Assembly (NCBI GenBank): GCA_963830915.1
Contig: CAWHOE010000044.1
Span: 1 to 55,884 of the forward strand
Length of the DNA: 55,884 nt
Source of the DNA: a candidate division FCPU426 bacterium
GTDB taxonomy: Bacteria > Oederibacteriota > Muellerivitia > Muellerivitales > Muellerivitaceae
Direction of reading: 5' to 3'
Each line of letters starts with the position of its first letter. The first letter of the stretch is position 1. Shown here piece after piece: positions 50,642 through 55,884 of this stretch. Position numbers and translations under genes: made by a program. The notes under the pieces were generated by a model, which saw nothing but the letters and a program-made list of their open reading frames with translations, was not told where the DNA came from and searched no databases.

Positions 50642-52375
50642 TCAGGGGCATGTCCAGAGGATCTGGATGATTTCCCCATCCCCATCTCCCCCGGTGATGC
50701 TGTTCCAATAAGGCGTCGAGATGGCCGCCGGGAACCCGGTGGAAGCCAATCCACTTTCGGAATAACTGTACCAATAGGTCGAGAATTCAGTGTTGGAATT
50801 GATCATGTAAGGCGTGTCGCTGATGGCCATCACCCAGTAAGTTCCTGGAGGAATAACGGGGTCTGTCGTCAAGGGGACGGTATCCCAGCCGTCACCGGCC
50901 AAAGTCGTTTGGGACGATTGGGCGATCAGGGAAGTGGGCTGTCCGCTGGTGGAATCGTTCGTGTAAATAGCGCCCATCACGTTCCCCGCGACACCGGTGT
51001 ATAGGCTGATACCGGTCACCTTGGCGTAATTGGTATTTACCACTTGTTGGGCGATGAGTTGGTTGTTCGAGAACATGGCGGTAACCGATGTGTTGGTGTT
51101 TCCCATCCCAAAAGTGGATGAACAAGGGGTCAAGGTATTGGTCGCCGTGGCGGTCTGGGTCGGCGTATCGGTGATGGTGGGCGTGTCCGTTGACGTAGCG
51201 GTCATCGATGGCGTAGCGGAACTTGTCTCCGTAGGGGAAGGCGTCGCCGTCGAGGTGGCCGTGGCCGTATTGGTCGTGGTGGCGGTGTTCTGCGGCGTCA
51301 AATTGTTGTTGGGCCAGATAAAGGTGTCATTGAAGGTGATGGGAGGTACGGTCCTGGTCACCACGAACGTGACCGGCACGTTCAAGATGGCCGTCACCGG
51401 ATCCCCGGGGGCGATGGTATCGCCCGTTCCCGCCTTATCCACATAAGCCAAAAGGTCCACGTTGTAGCCGGCGTAATCCAGGGTCGTCAGTTTGTATTTG
51501 CCGTTTGCGGTGGGTTGGTTGCTATGAGCGACCATGGTGTTGAAGGTTCCCCCGGTCTGGAAGGCCAGTACATGGACCTGATTCACGCTGTTCACCGTCG
51601 AAGAACCCGTGTAGGTCACGCCGTTGAACAGACCGGTTGCGGGACAGGAATCGGTGATGGTGATCGGTAGAAGGAAGGTTTGCCCGTTCACCGTCACCGC
51701 CGAGGCCGGCAGGGCGCAGTTGGAGTTCTGGTAGTAAGCGTACTTCTCGCCGGGAAGGGGACCGTTGCCGTATTCCGCCCCGTAAAAATAAGTGGAGGCG
51801 TCCGCCGCGTAGTTGGTCACCAGGTAATAAACGCCGTTGGGGACGTTGAGGACGTAATTCCCGCCGTTCAGGGTCACGTTCTGTTGGGCGATCAGGTCCA
51901 CTCCGTTGGTGCCGGCGTCCAGATTGGGGTTATCGAACAGGGCCACTCCGAAATAGGAAAATCCGTTCTGGAAAGCCTTGGCCCCCGTATAGGTCACACT
52001 GCCTCCCACACCTTGAAAAGGCGTGTTGGTAATGGTACAGGTGGCGGTAGGGGTGGGGGTGATCGTCAGGGTACTCGTAACGGTCGGGGTATTGGTCAGC
52101 GTTTGGGTGGCGGTGTTCGTGAGGGTGTTCGTAACGGTTAGGGTGGCCGTATTGGTCAAAGTGTTGGCGGCGGTGGATGTGCGGGACATCGTCGGTGTCG
52201 CGCTGAAGGTCAAACCCGGCGTCAAGGTCGGGGTCTGGGTAAAACTAGAGGTGGCCGTCGGGTTATTCGGGGTCGTGGGCGAGGACGGACTACCGCTTTT
52301 GGAACAAGCGGTATGTACAACTAATCCTAAAACCATCAATCCCACCATCACCATGCGATAACCCAATGTTTTCAT
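50642..52375 (-). CDS. Thr-rich multidomain lipoprotein
   Basis: VHTA-C lipobox; two Thr linkers; middle domains resemble 35550-36722; C-terminal domain resembles the N-terminal part of 3-2030. Confidence 0.85.
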   Translation of the reverse strand: MKTLGYRMVMVGLMVLGLVVHTACSKSGSPSSPTTPNNPTATSSFTQTPTLTPGLTFSATPTMSRTSTAANTLTNTATLTVTNTLTNTATQTLTNTPTVTSTLTITPTPTATCTITNTPFQGVGGSVTYTGAKAFQNGFSYFGVALFDNPNLDAGTNGVDLIAQQNVTLNGGNYVLNVPNGVYYLVTNYAADASTYFYGAEYGNGPLPGEKYAYYQNSNCALPASAVTVNGQTFLLPITITDSCPATGLFNGVTYTGSSTVNSVNQVHVLAFQTGGTFNTMVAHSNQPTANGKYKLTTLDYAGYNVDLLAYVDKAGTGDTIAPGDPVTAILNVPVTFVVTRTVPPITFNDTFIWPNNNLTPQNTATTTNTATATSTATPSPTETSSATPSMTATSTDTPTITDTPTQTATATNTLTPCSSTFGMGNTNTSVTAMFSNNQLIAQQVVNTNYAKVTGISLYTGVAGNVMGAIYTNDSTSGQPTSLIAQSSQTTLAGDGWDTVPLTTDPVIPPGTYWVMAISDTPYMINSNTEFSTYWYSYSESGLASTGFPAAISTPYWNSITGGDGDGEIIQILWTCP

Positions 52376-52409
52376 ATTTTCCTCACCTTTTTTTGTTTAC
52401 GCCTTCAAC

Positions 52410-52445
52410 AAAAATAAGGCGTCCCCTGAAAGTCCAGGGGACGCC
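52410..52445 (-). terminator. Rho-independent terminator
   Basis: GGCGTCCCCTG-AAAGTC-CAGGGGACGCC with an A tract on its left. Confidence 0.75.
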
Positions 52446-52477
52446 GGTCCACACGCTCTAATAAGAAGCCTATAAAA

Positions 52478-52972
52478 TTATGGTTCCAAACTCGTGTTCT
52501 GATTGTTTTGGTGTAGTTTGGGCCAATGGGACGTGCTCGACAACCCGCTGGAACCCTGGACCGCGTAAAGTGTCCCGTTCTGCGCCCCGACGTAGACCAT
52601 GCCGGTGCTGGAAATGGCCGGGGAAGAATTCACCACTCCTCCCAGGGTACAGGTCCAGGAAACGCCGCCGTTCGGCGTGATGGCGTAAAGTTTGTCGTCA
52701 CCCGAACCGACATAGATCACCCCATCGCTTCCCACGGCGGCGAGGACTTGACCGCCCCGCCCGTCGTGACCGCCCAGGAAAGCGACCCGTCGCTCGTCTT
52801 GAGGGCGTAAATATTATCGTCATTCGACCCGACATAAAGGGTTTTGCCATCCCCGCTCAAGGCAGGGCTAGAATACACGGTGCTCCCGGTGGTGTAGCTC
52901 CACTTCAGACTGCCGGAGGAACTGACCGCGTACACTTTGTCGTCGCACGAGCCGAAATAAACAGTCCCATCC
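52478..52972 (-). pseudogene. 3' fragment of a PQQ-like/BamB beta-propeller protein, with a 1-bp deletion near 52738 and truncated by the junction at ~52975
   Basis: Repeats of SSPA..DG.(V/I)Y.GS.D..(V/L)YA..G...W across ORFs 52717-52977 and 52478-52735. Confidence 0.85.
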
Positions 52973-52974
52973 AA

Positions 52975-55884
52975 CAATCACCCATGAAAATGGAGTCCCG
53001 TACTGTGGTCCTGGGCGCCGACAATGCCTCCCCGAGGTGGTGGCACCCGGAGTGAAAGTCGTGCGTGTGCGACCAATGGACGCCAAGGTGGCATGCAGCA
53101 ACGCCAAATGGAACATGCTGGTATTGCCGACCAGGGTCACGCCCATGGGTCTTGTCGCCACATAAGCATTCAGTCTCTGTGTGGCACCTGACAGCATGCA
53201 TAGCAAATCGATGAAATGGTACCCTGGCTGCGCACGGTAGCGCGAGGTGGTTGGTGTGCATGGGACATTGGTATAACCCAGTGCCTGACACTGTGAAACG
53301 ATTCATGCATGGGTGGAGGAGCTGATCTCAACATGAAGCATAATAACAGTCCCCACCGGGGGGCATGGAGCAGTGGCTGATCTCGCTGTGGTTCAAGCGC
53401 TACAGGTCCTGAAGTTGACATCGGGTACACACAGCAAGTGATCACAAACACAACAGTGATCATTACAATATGAGTTGTTGGACACGAGCACTGTGATGGG
53501 TGGAGCGCTGGGGGTGTGCAGGACGATGACTTCGATGCTGGCAGCAGCCTGGTGGCGGTTGGTGGCGGTGAGTGGATTGAGTGGAAATGGAGCCATATTG
53601 GTGACGGCGGGTGGTGGATGATGGCTCTTGATGCAGCGGGCAGGCTGTGGCTCTTGGAGCAGCAAAACCAATTGGACGACACTGGGCATACTGACAAATG
53701 GATCTGTCATGATGTTATTACATTCATATTTCTCATTTTGGAGTTGTTGAACTTGTAAAGGTGGCAGTGGATTTGGCTGGAGCCAGCCTGAACAGGATGC
53801 TGCTGATGACATTAATTGGCTATGGAGATCCAACTCTTGACCATTACCTACAACAAAACTCGTGTGGGTTTTTGTTCAAAGGCAGGTTTTGCTTCCCAAC
53901 CGTGCTGGAATTGCAGCTGGTGTTGGGTGGCACCAAACTCGTCGGCCATAAACGGCTCCTCCCGCTTTGATGAACCTGAACTCGGAGATAGTTGATTGGA
54001 ACTGTCTGTTTGATTGTGGCAGAGGAAGATTTGAAGGAAGGTGACACCGAGGAAGATGGACAATGATGATTGAATGTGAGTTGACAAAAGTGATGTGGAC
54101 ATGGTCACACAATCTTCTTTACAGCCTGCACCAGCTATAGGCTTTGGATTCGTGACAACATGCATGCACCCGGTGCCAACGTGGAGCGGTGTGTGCACAA
54201 TGCGCCGCCCGGGTGTGTGGATGATGATGCTGGAAGCCCAGTGGCTTGACATGGAGGCTGCTCTTCAAGACTTCATGTGAAACAGTGATCTGATGGTCTT
54301 TCAATCAGTCACCTTATGATTTTACAGCGGTTTTGGGGGCTGGAGGCTATAGTTTTGAGGCCAAGATAGCTGCCTGTTGGACCGTTCCGATTCTCATGGT
54401 TGTGGACGGGAACTGCTACAAAGAGGTGATGATGGATTCGACCACGTGCACGCGAGGCATGTGCAGGTGGGGGAGCATGGAGAGGGAGAGCAAGATGGCG
54501 GCGGGGTGGTGCTGGAATAATGTGGGAGCAGGAGCAGCAAAAGTGATCAGCTACAACTCTGAAAACAAGAGTGAGCAATAATTTAACGAGCATACAGCTT
54601 GGTGGGGGTGGCAAACGGAAAAAATTGGCAGGGGAGGCATTGGCACAACTGTTCTGCATATTGAAACTCAATGGTTCTGTGCAACAGTTTGCATGGTGGT
54701 TGTTGATGCCTTCGTTTCAAAATGCATCTTTGTTGCTGGCATGCCTGGTGGCTGCAGCTCTGCGGCCTTTGCTCCTGGGCAGCAGGAGGACCAGGCAACA
54801 TGTCAGCAGCAGGCATCATCTGTTGACTTGCACCCACCACTAGTTCACGTTGTGGCGGAGCCTTCCTAGTTGCCTGTACACTTGATTGAAATTCTAAGCT
54901 TCGCAGTGTTGGGGGTGGCATTCAAGACTATGAGCAAGGCATGGCCCCACCTTGGTGATGCAGCAGTCTTGGCACTGCACTGCAACATCCTGGAAGGCAA
55001 TCACATCCTCACCGGTACTGTGGCAGAGGCCTCTCCTCGTCCTTGGCCGAGCACCCGATGAACATGACACGGCTTGGCCGCTTGCCCTCACTGACAACTG
55101 ACCTCCAAGTCCCCGAAGCCTGCTGGTGTGTTGTTGGTGCCAACTGACAACATCTGCAGTAGCAACATTCTTGGCAACTCAACCTTGGTGGCTGCAATCG
55201 AGGATATGATGGCCGGGCTGCTGACGTGATCTTGTCTCGCCCGATGTCAAGGCCACGGCCTGTCCAGCGTCACCTTGATGGAGCGGCGTGATCAAGCCTG
55301 GTGCTGCGCCACCGCCGACCCCGACACCTCGCCTACCTACATACACCTCATCACACAGCAGCTCCAATTAGCTGATGGATGACAAATCCCTCATGCTGCA
55401 TCTGCTACACGACAACCCTTCGCCACCACCAGCAACAGCACACGTTTTCTTCTCCCTCAGCCGCCTGCCTCCACAGCCGGCCGGCCACCTGCCACTATGT
55501 AGCCGGCACACGGCAACGGTAAAGGAGCTCCCTCTCACACAACATGCTGTTCATGAATTTGATCCTGCTGGCATAAATCAACAGCCTGGTGTGATGTTTA
55601 CAGAAACCAGGTGCTGGGTTTGAGTGGACAGGCGTGTGCAGCGTGGCATCTGCAAACCGGCAATCATTGAGCACCCAGTGCGCCCAAACGACCATGGCCT
55701 GTTCGACGTGGCCGTGACGGTGCGGCGGCAGATACTTGATCGGCTCCTGCCTCCTCCACCACGAACTATGAGTACATGGTCACAGCCAACACCTGAATGA
55801 CCACCACCTGGCTGTGGCTCTGCGGCATTTGAAAGCTCTATGGCCACACAGCATATACCTAATTGAGTCCAACCACTAATCATG
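52975..55884. other. Foreign, CpG-depleted, largely non-coding DNA (probably eukaryotic; chimeric join)
   Basis: No credible intact ORFs; abundant TG/CA/TGCA; 6 CG in 54541-54900 versus 8 CG in the 60 bp 52561-52620. Confidence 0.75.

Noticed and set aside
53170..55883. Individual short ORFs in the tail as real genes
   Set aside because: They have no RBS or family motifs, and their His/Cys/Met-rich composition is explained by TG/CA enrichment.

Overview
Bases 1-~52975 are gene-dense bacterial DNA. It contains a housekeeping block (xseB-ispA-DUF212-dxs-M23/LysM, a fused indolepyruvate:ferredoxin oxidoreductase-like gene, an HI0933 flavoprotein), transporters, Hsp20, two GH43-malectin paralogs and a cyclase/GGDEF pair. 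It also has many exported Thr/Pro-rich beta-propeller proteins and lipoproteins, several with FlgD/T9SS-like C-terminal domains. That protein style recalls candidate-phylum FCPU426-type genomes, which is an inference only. The best candidate for an undescribed system is 2200-4620: a helically phased array of the palindrome TTTCCGAG-C-CTCGGAAA sits directly upstream of a gene encoding a CTPase-less ParB-type DNA-binding domain fused through a transmembrane helix to an extracytoplasmic VirB8/NTF2-like domain, and a 109-bp tandem array follows it. The hairpin in that 109-bp unit is related to the inverted repeats that bracket a DUF559 endonuclease gene at 9346-9771. Other observations are a shared ECF-sigma-type promoter in front of three unknown exported proteins, an unlisted 49-aa zinc-ribbon ORF and two single-base frameshifts. 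At ~52975 there is an abrupt junction to CpG-depleted, apparently eukaryotic DNA, most likely an assembly chimera. All family calls come from motif recognition by eye; no searches were run.
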